A stretch of 64,000 nucleotides of DNA from Macrostomum lignano. Its lineage: Eukaryota. Where the stretch lies: positions 310,001 through 374,000 of the forward strand of contig NIVC01000594.1 in the NCBI GenBank assembly GCA_002269645.1. Direction: 5' to 3'. This document shows, one piece after another, positions 1 through 11,771 of this stretch (the first letter of the stretch is position 1; the number at the start of each line of letters is the position of its first letter). The notes under the pieces are model-generated. The model worked only from the letters and a program-made list of their open reading frames with translations. It was not told where the DNA came from and made no database searches. The position numbers and the translations under genes are program-made.

Positions 1-470
1 ATTCTCCAACCCAAGGCGCGGTTTCAGTAATGAATGCAGCGTTTAATTTCAGTGGTTAGAGCAAGAATTTCTGTAAATTATCTGCGATTGAAAGTCAAAT
101 TATTTGCTTTACTACGAGGGAAATTTCTAATATAGTTTCTTTTCAAAAACCATAAAATGAAGAGACTTGTTAGATTGGAAAGATTTTTTGGACGATTGTT
201 TTTCAGGTATACAATAAAAAATAGCTTCGAATTTCTTATAACAAACCCTGTCGATAAGTTTTGTTGATTTTTTATATCTTTACAAACCCGTTTCACGGTT
301 ATTCAGACTCGTACTTGTTGATACACGCTCGCAAAGCAAAGAATTCTCTACTCTGCTCCTGCCCTCCATCAGATTTGACTATTTCGGCAGTGCCTACAGT
401 TTGCTCAGTGCCGTACGCAGCAGTTTAATTTGATGAGGCCGCCAACCAAAGTATTAAGCAATATTTGACG
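1..470. repeat. Segmental duplication of the CYP spacer block; paralogous copy at 11772-12243
   Basis: Near-identical, colinear sequence to 11772-12243 (ttctccaacccaaggcgcg ... cagtgccgtacgcagcagttt ... caatatttg). The other copy lies about 95 bp after the CYP-B stop. Confidence 0.95.
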
Positions 471-475
471 TTTTT

Positions 476-893
476 TGGGCGCCCATTTCTCTTGGTGGGC
501 GTCCCTGTCTCTTGGTGGGCGCCCCTGTCTCTTGGTGGGCGTCCCTGCCTCTTGGTGGGCGTCCCTGTCTCTTGGTTGGCGCCCCTGTCTCTTGGTGGGC
601 GCCCCTGTCTCTTGGTGGGCGCCCCTGTCTCTTGGTTGGTGCCCCTGTCTCTTGCACGCGAAGGCGTATTATGGTTGGCGTCCCTGCCTCTTGGTGGGCG
701 TCCCTGTCTCATGGTTGGTACCCCTGTCTCATGGTTGGCGCCCCTGTCTCTTGGTTGGCGCCCCCTGTCTCTTGGTTGGCACCCCTGTCTCTTGGTGGGC
801 GCCCCTGTCTCATGGTTGGCGCCCCTGTCTCATGGTTGGCGCCCCTGTCTCTTGGTGGGCGCCCCTGTCTCTTGGTGGGCGCCCCTGTCTCTT
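476..893 (+). repeat. 20-bp minisatellite, consensus CTTGGTGGGCGCCCCTGTCT
   Basis: About 21 tandem units read directly; they explain the repetitive ORFs at 425-941. Confidence 0.97.
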
Positions 894-3800
894 GCACGCG
901 AAGGCGTATTCAGCATGCCAGTGAAGTATGAGACAGACTAGGCCCATGGGCTAAGGTCTGCGATGCTTCATGCCTGCGCCTTTTTTCAGCAGGTCAAGGC
1001 TGGTTGGAGGTCTGCACCCTCTACTTGCCTCTGGCAGCCGCAGACCCCCCCCCACGCTGTCTCGCAAGCCGACCCAGGGTACTCGTCCCCGCGTGTGTTC
1101 AAGGCAGACCCTAGGGCTGCCGGACTGACTGGGCTCCGGTGCTGGGGACCCAACCAGTGGCTTTTGCCGAACTTGGGTATGCGGGTCTGGCTGGCCAGTC
1201 CGCAGGCCGTGGTACTGCTCAACGTACCCTCTAATGCCTAAGGTGTTCGACCGTGCTGATGGGCTGGAATACCGGGGAGTAGTCCGGTCGCAAGCGGTCC
1301 CCCCTCGTGGTGTCGGGCCAGCCTTGAGGGTTCTTTTGGCCTACTGCCCGGTCAGGTGGAGCGGCCGGGTGGGTACCGCGCCCCTTCGAAGGTAGCCCAC
1401 CAACCTTTATCATGGCCTTGGAACAACCGCCCTAGAGCGGCTATCCTCGCTGCCAGCCATCTCCAGGCTTGGCTGAGGACTGATCTCTCTGATGAAGACC
1501 TTTGTGTCATGCAATCTAATCATCTCTCTCCGCGTACGTGTCTCGTTGCCTCGATTTACATCCCAGGCGACAGAGACCCTGCTCCCGAGAGTCTACTGCG
1601 CCTTGCGCAGTACTGCGAGTCCCAGAACGCTGAGCCGTGCTTAGGGGGCGACCTCAACGCGTACCATAAGCACTGGGGCAGCAAAGACACCAATACAAGA
1701 GGGGAGGAGCTTCTGGCCCTCATCTCTAACACAAACCTCATGCTCTGCAACCGCGGTAGCACTCCTACCTTTAACAATGGCAGATGGACTGAGGTCCTCG
1801 ACGCCACACTCGTTACCCCAAGACTCTTTTACAGAGTTGAGGAGTGGAGAGTCTGGTCTGAGGAGCCCTCCCTGTCTGACCACTGCTTTATCGCCTTTAA
1901 CATCGCGGACACTACCCCAGTCCTCGATTACTTGGAGGCGTAACATCCGCAACACTGATTGGGTGGCCTATAAGGCTACCCTTGATCTGCACCTGCAGGA
2001 ACTCACGGACTTACGTCCGATTGAGACCTGCGAGGATGTGGACCATGCGGCTGAGACGCTGACAGGTTGCATTATTGCAGCCTATGAGGTGGCCTGCCCT
2101 GTCCGTGCCTACAAAGGCAAGACCTCGGCGCCGTGGTGGAACCCGGAGCTGGGGAAACTCGGGCGGAAGGCCAAAAGCCTTCACCGCCGTGCCATGAAGA
2201 CCGGAAACCCGGAGGACATGGAGCTTTTCCGGCAAGCCTCCCGCAATTTCAAATCTGAAGTGCGCAAGGCCAAGGAATGTAAGTGGCGCCAAGTCTGCAA
2301 TGAATTGGATCAAGACAGACCTACTTTAGGCTTGTCAAGGCCCTTACAATGGACAAAATGTCCAAATTAGCCATGATTAAAAAAGATGAAGGCTCTCTTA
2401 CTAAAGACCCTGAAGAAGTGCTTCAGCATATGCTCAGCACATTCTTCCCGAGGGTACCCACTGCTAGACCGGAGCCCAACCATTCGATGGATGGAGCCAC
2501 CCTAGCGGCGGGCACTGTCACTGAAGACCTAGTCGCTCGTGCGGTCAGAACCTTCAAACCCTTCAAATCTCCTGGACCTGATGATATCTACCCTGTTCTC
2601 CTTCGTGAAGCAGCCAAGATACCCTCGTTCCTGAGACTCACCCGCAATCTTATGCGGGCCTCTATCCAGCTGGGATACGTTCCCAAATGCTGGACTGAAG
2701 CTCGGGTAGTCTTTATTCCCAAATCTGGGAAGGGTGACTACCAAAGCGTCAAGGCCTTCCGGCCAATTAGCTTAACGTCAGCAATGCTTAAGCTCACTGA
2801 GAGGCTTATTCTCTGGCGGCTGCTCTCCTGCGAGCTGACAGCGATGCTCCTCAGCAATAATCAGCACGCCTTCCGTACCGGGAGGTCGACTGACAGCGCC
2901 CTGCATGCGATTGTCGAGAAGATTGAACGGGCGGTACTGGGTGACGGTTACGCCCTGGCTCTCTTTCTCGACATTGTTGGCGCCTTCGACAACGTTATCT
3001 TTGAAGCGTTTCAGAGGGCCCTTCAAAATCGAAAAGCTCACGCTACCCTCATACGGTGGATCATGTACATGATCTCTAACCGTACGGTCACTGCCCAACT
3101 TCTTGGGCAAACTGCCTCCGCCAGAGTCTGTAAGGGTGGACCCCAAGGCGGAGTCCTCACCCCGACGCTCTGGAACCTGGTCATGGACGCTCTTCTGGGC
3201 GACTCCCGACCTGATCCCGTCTTCAAAGTCGGGTATGCTGACGAAGTCACTGCCATTGTGGCTGGGCCGTCGCCCAGCACGCTCAGGGATCTGATGCAGA
3301 GCTTTATCCGCAAAGCAGAATCCTGGGCCAATGACAATGGTCTGGAACTCTCTGAGCCCAAAACTGTTGCCATTATTTTCACCAGCAGAATACGCTGGAA
3401 CATACGACCTCTGCAGCTATACGGCAGAGATATTGCCTTCGCGCACCAGACCAGACGGGGTCATACTTGACCACCGGCTCAACTGGTCCTTCCACGTGAA
3501 AGCAAAAGCCAAGCGTGCCTCAGCCATCCTGGCCCAGCTCCGACGAGCACTTGGCACATCTTGGGGTCTTTCCCCCAAAACGGCTTTGGTGGATCTACAC
3601 TTCCGTAGTTAGACCTGCCATTACGTACGCCTCAGTTGTCTCGGTTAGCGCTACCCAGTTCAAAAGCCATGCAGATTTGCTCAACACGATCCAGGGCAGA
3701 GCGTGTAGGCTTATCTGCAACGCCACCAGGTCCACGCCCTTTGCCGGCATGGAGGCCTTCCTTAATCTACCGCCTCTCGACCTCTTCGTCAGGGGTGAGG

Positions 3801-5018
3801 CGGCTAGAACGACGCGGCGTTTACTTGATGCCGGTGTCAAATTCCTTTACATGAGGGCACCTGCTAAGCGGAACCTCGTCCCGCATAGCGATCAACAAGT
3901 GATAACGATAACGATCAACATAGCGATAACGATCAACATGAGACAACGCTACTCCGTAGCTATCGACTCGCGCGATACCATCAATGACCACTGGAACCCT
4001 GGTGAGCTTCACTGCTACACCGATGGTTCTAAGCAGTCAGCCAACACCGGTTTGGTGTTGGAATCTTCCTGAACGGGAGGGTCATCGCTACCCACGCTCA
4101 GTACACTGGGGTCAACTCCACTGTCTTCCAAAATGAAGTTCTCGCCATCAGCTCCTGCATCGCAGAGCTCCTCGCCACTGGCGTTACCTGTGAGAACATC
4201 ATTTTCCATTCGGACAGCCAAGCTGCCTTGCACGCAATCAGTGGCTGCAGCACCAATTCTGCTACAGTCCTCGACTGTATCAAACTCCTCAACATGTTGG
4301 GTACCACCAACAAAATCACCCTCAAGTGGGTTCCGGGGCATGTGGGGATCCGAGGAAATGAGTTGGCTGACGCCCTTGCGAAAGTTGGCGCCTCCGGCTC
4401 CTCTCTCGGTCCCGAACCCCTTGTCCCGATTTCTGGCTGTGTCATCGACTCGCGCATCAAAGCGTGGATCAGGACCGAGCACCGCTCGACTTAAGCGAAC
4501 TGCACTACCTGCAGGCAATCCAGAGGCGCTGTCCCTCAGCCCTCTCACCAGCTCCGGAAGCTCATCTTGCGCATCTCGCGCAGAGACATCCGGGCTGCCA
4601 CCATGACCCACTCAGGTCACGGCTGCTTCTCTAGGCACCAGTACCTGCAGGGCAACGCCACTAACGCCATCTGCAGTTTCTGTAACTCAGGTGACGAAAC
4701 CGCTGAGCCTTTCGTCAGCATCTGACCCGCCTTTACGCGAGCCAGACTCACTTACCTCGGGCCACACATCTATTACTGAAGCGTGCAAACCCGAAAACTT
4801 TAATCAGCTCATGCGCTACCTCCGGGCCACCCGCAGGGCTGAACTCTCCTTTCCAGAGAGCACCATAGCTGCTGGCGACACTGGGGGACCTCCCTGGGCG
4901 GCGCCAACCCTTCGTCCTTAGCGACGCGTCGGCCGTTCAGGGATTAGCGGAATGGGCGTCCGCGCCTTCCCGCTGTGTCCCCCCGGGACAGCCCTGCAGC
5001 TAAGTCAAGTAAGTCAAA
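894..5018 (+). mobile_element. Decayed non-LTR retrotransposon (APE-RT-RNase H-Zn finger; R1/LOA-like), inserted in the 20-bp minisatellite
   Basis: APE endonuclease (GGDLNAYHKHWGS, LDATL, SDH; 1420-1940). RT (SPGPDDI, FRPISLTS, QHAFR, GPQGGVLTPTLWN, YADE; 2349-3450). RNase H (CYTDGSK, LKWVPGHVGIRGNELADALAK; 4010-4400). Degenerate C-terminal CSFC..ET motif near 4670-4720. TAAGTCAAG-repeat tail at 5001-5018. Several frameshifts. The 5' boundary is uncertain (894-941). Confidence 0.93.
1420..4720 (+). pseudogene. Fragmented LINE ORF2 (endonuclease/reverse transcriptase/RNase H)
   Basis: Domains are spread over ORFs 1356-1943, 1777-2370, 2349-3470, 3515-4072 and 4228-4494. Catalytic YADD reads YADE. 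The endonuclease N-terminus is not visible. Confidence 0.9.
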
Positions 5019-5082
5019 CCCCTGTCTCTTGGTTGGCGCCCCTGTCTCTTGGTAGGCCCCCCTGTCTCTTGGTGGGCGCCCT
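5019..5082 (+). repeat. Remainder of the 20-bp minisatellite, 3' of the LINE
   Basis: About 3 units of cccctgtctcttggt(t/g)ggcg resume right after the LINE tail. Confidence 0.9.
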
Positions 5083-5731
5083 TACTCCCCTAGCCCGGTG
5101 GTTGCCATATCCAAGAGGTGAAAAACTTTGAGCTTCTGCTATTCGTACGGCTTGGCTGCTTCTCTCACATAGTTTTTGGAGAAAAGCCACTTTTTGGGGT
5201 GATTGGGAAGGGGCGTTTCCCTGAATGGGTACGCTTGTGTGCTCAACACTGAATTGATAGTCGGATTTAGGTTGACTGTGAGTCAAATATTTGGTGCAGT
5301 CAAAATTAGAAACTTTTCAAGTTTAAAAAAATAGGCAAATATTGTTTAACCAAATTTCATTACTATTGCTGAAAATAATTGTGTCGTTTCATTTTTGTCT
5401 TCTTAATAATTCTTACATTCTCCAAGGGATTACGTACACTAACGTTTACATGCAGGTACAATTAAAATTTTGGTATAACTGCTTAAATATACAACAAGAA
5501 ACTCTTACAGCTAGTAAACACAGCATTCACCACACTGAAAACAGTAGGGGTTGGACAAAGTCGAAACTACAAAGCTGAGCATTCTCGACTCCGAGGTACA
5601 ATTCTCTGAAATCTGCCTAGAAATGACCTTTGCTCACGTTCTAAAAGTCCGAAAGCAAGTATATGAAAGGCCAAGGACGATAAGATTTTACTGTTTCAAT
5701 CTAGCTTGTAATTCCACTCAACTCCAGCAAC

Positions 5732-7486
5732 ATGCTGTTCACCGTTTCAAACGCGATTGTAGTCGCTGTAATTGCTCTGGCTATCTGCGCATATGCTTAC
5801 GTCAAGCGCGCTCTCAGCAAGTCGCCTCCGGGCCCTGTCGGCGTTCCCGGCTTCGGCCTGCTGCCGCTGGTCATGTGGCGAACCGTCATGAACAAGCGCC
5901 ACCGACTTTTCCTGCTGATGCAGGACATCCAGAAGAAGTACGGAGACTTGGCTTCATTCCAAATGGGAACTCAGGAGATTGTTCTTGTGTCCGGTTACGA
6001 GACCATGCGAGAGATGTTTACCATGCCCGACGTGTTCAGTGGACGGCCGAATACAAACTATCACAAGTTTCTGTTCAAAGAATCCGGAATTGCGGGCTCC
6101 GAGGGAGTTCTGTGGCAGGAGCACAGACAGTTCGCGCTTCGCATTCTCAAGGACTTCGGGTTCGGTCGGAACGCCTCAGAATTGCAGATTCAAGAGGAGG
6201 CTGTGCAACTAATGGACTTTTTGAGGTCGAAGGAAGGTCAGTTGGTTGATCCACGAGACTTCATCAGCAAGGCCGTGGCCAATGTGGTCACTCGGTTCAT
6301 CTTCTCCAACTTCAGCAGCTACGAGGACTCGGACTTCAATGAGTTTTTAAAAAACCTCGGAGGTGTGACGAACCAAAATGTTGTGGGCCTGCTCACCGCT
6401 TTCTATCGGTTCATGCCTGTCGAAACGGCGCTCGCCTTGTCTCCAGCAAACAAGAAACAGTTTGATGCCATCACTTGGATCGAAGACCTTAGCCAACAAA
6501 AAGTGGAGGAGATCCGCAGCAAGTACAATGTCGACGACGAGCCCAGCAACTATGTGGAGGCTTATCTGCAAGAGCAGCACAGACGGGGCATCGACCTGGG
6601 AACATTCACCGACTTCCAGCTGTTGAAGACCATCTGGGAGCTGTACATCGCAGGCGTCGACACGACTAGCAACACCCTCGGTTGGAGTCTGATTTACGCG
6701 GCGCTGAACCCGGAGCTGCAGGACCGCTGCCACGCTGAGATCATGGCCAAGATTGGCAAGCGACAAGCCAGCCTGAAGGACAAGAAGGAGCTGCACTACT
6801 GCCAGGCGTTTCTGGACGAGTGTCAACGCATTTCTACTCTTGTTCCGATGTCTGTCGACCACAGAGCTACTGAGGTACGGTACGGGCTTTATGGTTCAAC
6901 GTTCCGTGATATAATAGTATAATAGGATAGGTTTAGTGGAGCTTCAGAGCGTTCACAATATGGTGAAACAGCCCTCTCATAAAGCAATATGAAATTCATC
7001 ACTCTATGAATATTCTGTAAGCAAAAATAGTGAACAAGTTCTTTTTTGAAATTTTTGTCATTGAAATCTTTTAATTTACTGTCAACAATAAATAAAATTA
7101 ACACCTCAACTTCTCAGGACACCGAGTTCCGTGGCTACAACATCTCCTCCGATGCCATGATCTCCGTCAACCTGTACGGACTCCACCATGACGAGCGCTA
7201 CTTCCCCAACCCGGATATGTTCGACCCCGACCGCTTCCTCACTCCGGACGGTCAGTACAAGGCGTCAGAGTATTTGAATCAATTCGGAGTCGGCAAGCGC
7301 TCGTGTCTCGGAGAGGTTCTGGCTCGCATGGAGGTGTTCTTGTTCTTCGTGACCTTCATGCAGCACTTCCGATTCGAAGCGGACTCGTGGACTGCGGAGC
7401 AACGGGAGCAGATCCTGCTGGGCACTGAAGGAATCGTTCATGCGACCATCGAGCACCGGTTGAAGGTGGCGAGCCGCGACAACTAG
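5732..7486 (+). CDS. Cytochrome P450, CYP2 clan, copy A; join(5732..6874,7118..7486), 503 aa
   Basis: N-terminal TM anchor plus PPGP hinge, WxxxR, I-helix AGVDTT, ExxR (ECQR), PDRF and heme motif FGVGKRSCLG. Phase-0 GT-AG intron 6875-7117 gives HRATE|DTEF. Confidence 0.96.
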
Positions 7487-8298
7487 TGTATTAAAGGGTA
7501 CCGAAAACCGGTATGATCCTCATGATGCCTTGTCGGATTTTCGATCGTCAGAATGCATATGGCATTGTTGCGTCCTACAGAAATTTAGCGATGAACTCAA
7601 ATTCCGAAACGTTTACCTATCAAGAATTCGGGTAGATTTTTTTTAGTTTCGCAGTTTTGTGTAATTCTGTGATGGATGGTCGTTGTTTTTTCGAACCCTA
7701 TGAGTAATACTCGTACTTGTTATCTTACTGCTATTACATGCTATTCCCATTTAATAACCGCAACAGCACAGTTATACATTTATTTGAAGAGCTTTTTGCT
7801 GCTTATGGTAGTTTTCCTTGAATTTGCAGTTTTGCAGTTTTGCTACATGTTCCAGAAACCTAGCTTATATTACACACGTAGCTCACTACTGCCATGCCAA
7901 CTGTGTGAAGTGATAAATTTTTGTCCGGAAAGTTCCTATCCAATTTAAATGTAATTCGAGCCAATCAATGCGCTCCAGCAGGCAAAAAGCTGAGGACAAG
8001 TGAAGAAGAGTCATGTACTATCTAATTTATTCCCCAATGGGAAATACTAAAAATGCTTTATGAACGAATGTTAAAGCCAAGAAAGCTCGCCTCACTCTCC
8101 TATCTTTCCCGCTACTTCGCTCTACTTCGCTCTACTAGTCTCTCGGTTGCTCAAGTCCTGCTTGTGATTCAGTCAGACAGTACACCAATGTAACCTAATT
8201 ATTATCTAGATTTGACAAATTGATCCAATGAACATCGTGAGATTGTGAACATCAAATACAAAAATCTGTAAGCTTACACCTTGTGATTGCATCATTAG

Positions 8299-8603
8299 GA
8301 AAAGTTTGTCGAATCCGACACCTCTTGCAGTTTTCTAGGTATTGCACTGGTAATTGAAGTTATTATAGAGCCATTGTAGTGAAGGTCCTGAAGACCAACG
8401 GCACACAAAAACATCGTCATTTTGATATTCGAGCTATTTCCTGTGGTCTGGAATTTGTCTGATACTGACGGCTGGACGCAGCAGTCCCGCATCGTCTTGC
8501 CCGACGGTGTCGATCGCTGTAATCGCGGAAGTCAGCAACTTTGTTGAATAAAATCGGTGTTACATTTTCGCCCGATGGACAAAACACCAGGCTGACTCGT
8601 TGG
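8299..8603. repeat. About 300-bp block duplicated at 12470-12739
   Basis: Colinear high identity (gaaaagtttgtcgaatccgacacc ... caccaggctgactcgttgg). The second copy lacks a 34-bp segment. Confidence 0.92.
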
Positions 8604-10027
8604 AATGGCAAATAGCCCGCAGTGCTACCGTTGCTGCTAGTAGGAAAGCTATTGCCATCGATAGAAATCAATTTCAAGAGGAGAGACATGTTCGTCTTAT
8701 TCACTGCATCAATCAATCACACACGTTAACCGTCTTAGATACGCATCAATTAATATTGGAAGGTAAACGAAAGCAACTAGCAAACCGAAGCAATGGCAGT
8801 TATCTTTAAAATGCACAGGAAATGTCGTTGATGGCATTACTTCCATTTCGCCTATTATCCAAAGCAAAAGAATTATAGACACAGGAAAAACGAGGGCCAA
8901 AACGATTTGCCTGAGGGCAAAAAAACTCTTGAGTGCGTCTCTGACGAAGACTGCAGCTCGCACTGCACACAAAAACTCTGGAATATTGCAACCCATTTTC
9001 AGTGTTGAGTTGAATAAATAACGACTGAGATACTGAAGAATTGAAAATAACCTGGCAGCTCAAAGCATCCACAAGTGCTTTAGAACGCCAAGATTTACTC
9101 GTGTGTGCCTGCCTACCTGACCGCCAATATATTTTGCCCCTCAAGAGACAGCTTGAGTCTACCTTGAGTTTATGAAGAAATTTAGTCCTACTTCGCAGTG
9201 TAAAAGCTTACATAGTGTAATCCATGAGCGATCTTAATTTTTGATAGAATTCTGGAGAGCCAGCGGCTCTCAACCAGGGCGTTCTTGGACGTTTTGTTGG
9301 TGCTATTTCTTCATTTGCACGCAAGAAAAGAGAAGACTACTTTGTACACAGCATTGCAGAATCATGCTAATCTTAAAACTGTGAGGTATAATTTTTTAAA
9401 TGCGTCAAAATTGTTTTAAAAAACTGAATTTACTTTGCTTCTTCACAGACCAAAACAAGTATAATATACTTTAGCAGTTTGATTTTTGTTATAAATGTAT
9501 CAGAAAAGATTTAGTTTTCAATCAATCCTCAGAGTGGTAGGTTCAGTTTTGAGACAAATCCATATTTTATAAATCATCTGTCATGTCAAGAGATAATTGA
9601 GGACTTTGCAAAGACGCCAATTTTTTAAACAGTCTCCAACTCTAGAATTTTACTTTAAAACTCCTTGGTGTAGAGCGTTATTTTTCTGGCCAAATGGAGC
9701 TGCAGACTACAGAGAGACAGCTTTATCTAGACAATGTTTGCCCAGCAAACCTCTCAAACCAAGCTCAAGCCCCAGAGACCGCCAATGCCCAGCGGCAAGA
9801 GAAGAGAGTAAATAGGGCTGGGCCGCAAAAGTGCAGGATGTGTACAATTATTCGCACAGCTGCAAGGCTTTGAAGGAAAATGGTCAGTCGTCTGTCGTCA
9901 TAGAAAAAAACTTGGCACACAGTTTTTTAAACGCAAAGAAAATTTAGATATTGCAGTTTTAGTAAGACTCTCTTCTAGTAAGGCTCTTCTTTCTTGTTGA
10001 AAAAGCTAGATACATACCTCAAGACAA

Positions 10028-11678
10028 ATGCTTGGTACAGTTCCGATTGTTGCGTCTGCCATCGGCCTGGCCATCTGCGCCTATGCCTACGCTAAGCGAG
10101 CTCTCAGCAAGTCGCCTCCGGGCCCTGTCGGCATTCCCGGTTTCGGCCTGCTGCCTCTGGTCATGTGGCGAACTGCCAACGACAAGCGCTACCGACTTTT
10201 CCTGCTGATGCAGGAGATCCAGAAGAAGTTCGGAGACCTTGCCTCATTTCGACTCGGAACCCAAGAGTTTATCTTAGTGTCCGGTTATCCAGCTTTGCGC
10301 GAGATGTTCGTAACGCATGCAGATAAGTTCAATGGCCGGTCGAACACCAACTTTCACAGGTTTCTCTTCAAAGAGGCCGGAATTGTTGGCTCCGAGGGCG
10401 CTCTGTGGCAGGAGCACAGACGCTTTGCACTTCGCGTTCTCAAGGACTTCGGCTTCGGTCGAAACGCTTCGGAGGAACACATCCAGGATGAGGCTGGGCA
10501 AGTCGTAAACTTTCTGAGGTCGAAGGAAGGTCAGCTGGTCGATCCACGAGACTTTATCAGCAAGGCCGTGGCCAATGTGGTCACTCGGTTCATCTTCTCC
10601 AACTTCAGTAGCTATGAGGACCCCGAGTTCAACGAGTTTCTAGGAAAGCTCGGAAGTCTGACTAACCAAAGCCTTGTGGGCGTGATCACCGCATTCTATC
10701 GGTTCATGCCAGTCGAAACGGCGCTCGCTTTGTCTCCAGCAAACAAGAAACAGTTCGACGCTATTACGTGGGTCGAGGACCTTAGCAAACGAAAAGTGGA
10801 GGAGATCCGCAGCAAGTACAATGTCGACGACGAGCCCAGCAACTATGTGGAGGCTTATCTGCAAGAGCAGCACAGACGGGGCGTCGCCTTGGGAACATTC
10901 ACCGACTTCCAGCTGGTGAAGACTATCTGGGAGCTGTACATCGCAGGCGTCGACACGACTAGCAACACCCTCGGTTGGAGTCTGATTTACGCGGCGCTGA
11001 ACCCGGAGCTGCAGGACCGCTGCCACGCTGAGATCATGGCCAAGATCGGCAAGCGACAAGCCAGCCTGAAGGACAAGAAGGAGCTGCACTACTGCCAGGC
11101 GTTTCTGGACGAGTGTCAACGCATTTCTACTCTTGCTCCGATGTCTGTCGACCATCGGGCTATTGAGGTATTGTATATACTCTTAGGGGGAATTCTATGT
11201 GTACTGTTAGAATTCCTTATTGTTATAGTGTAAGAACATTAGCTGAATGTACACTTAAGAACACTTGCTATATCTTAAAGTGTAATCTTTGATATCCTAC
11301 TTTGCACAGGACACGGAGTTCAGTGGCTACAACATCTCCTCCGATGCCATGATCTTCGTCAACCTGTACGGCCTTCATCATGACGAGCGATACTTTCCCA
11401 ACCCGGACAAGTTCGATCCCGACCGCTTCCTCACTCCGGAGGGTCAGTACAAGGCGTCGGAGTATTTGAATCCGTTCGGAATCGGCAAGCGCTCGTGTCT
11501 CGGAGAGGTTCTGGCTCGCATGGAGGTGTTTTTGTTCTTCGTGACCTTCATGCAGCACTTCCGATTCGAAGCGGACTCGTGGACTGCGGAGCAGCGGGAG
11601 CAGATCCAGCTGGGCACTGAGGGCGTCGTCCATGCGACCATCGAGCACCGGCTGAAGGTGGCGAACCGCGAAAATTAA
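10028..11678 (+). CDS. Cytochrome P450, CYP2 clan, copy B; join(10028..11167,11310..11678), 502 aa
   Basis: Same motif set as copy A, heme motif PFGIGKRSCLG. GT-AG intron 11168-11309 gives HRAIE|DTEF. Confidence 0.96.
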
Positions 11679-11771
11679 CGACTTTAAAATTCAAATTAAA
11701 AACACTTTCCTATTTAAACTGCAGAGTCAGTTTGGGCATAGTGTCAGCCTCGCAAGTTGATGGCGAAGAAC

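Noticed and set aside
1290-1385. HDV-like ribozyme in the LINE leader (cc-ctcgt-gg resembles L3/P3)
   Set aside because: L3 lacks the initial U, P3 has a mismatch, there is no convincing P1/P1.1, and no C-containing J4/2 precedes the candidate P2.
9265-9300. hAT-like left terminus CAGCGGCTCTCAACC
   Set aside because: No matching right terminus or 8-bp TSD was found.
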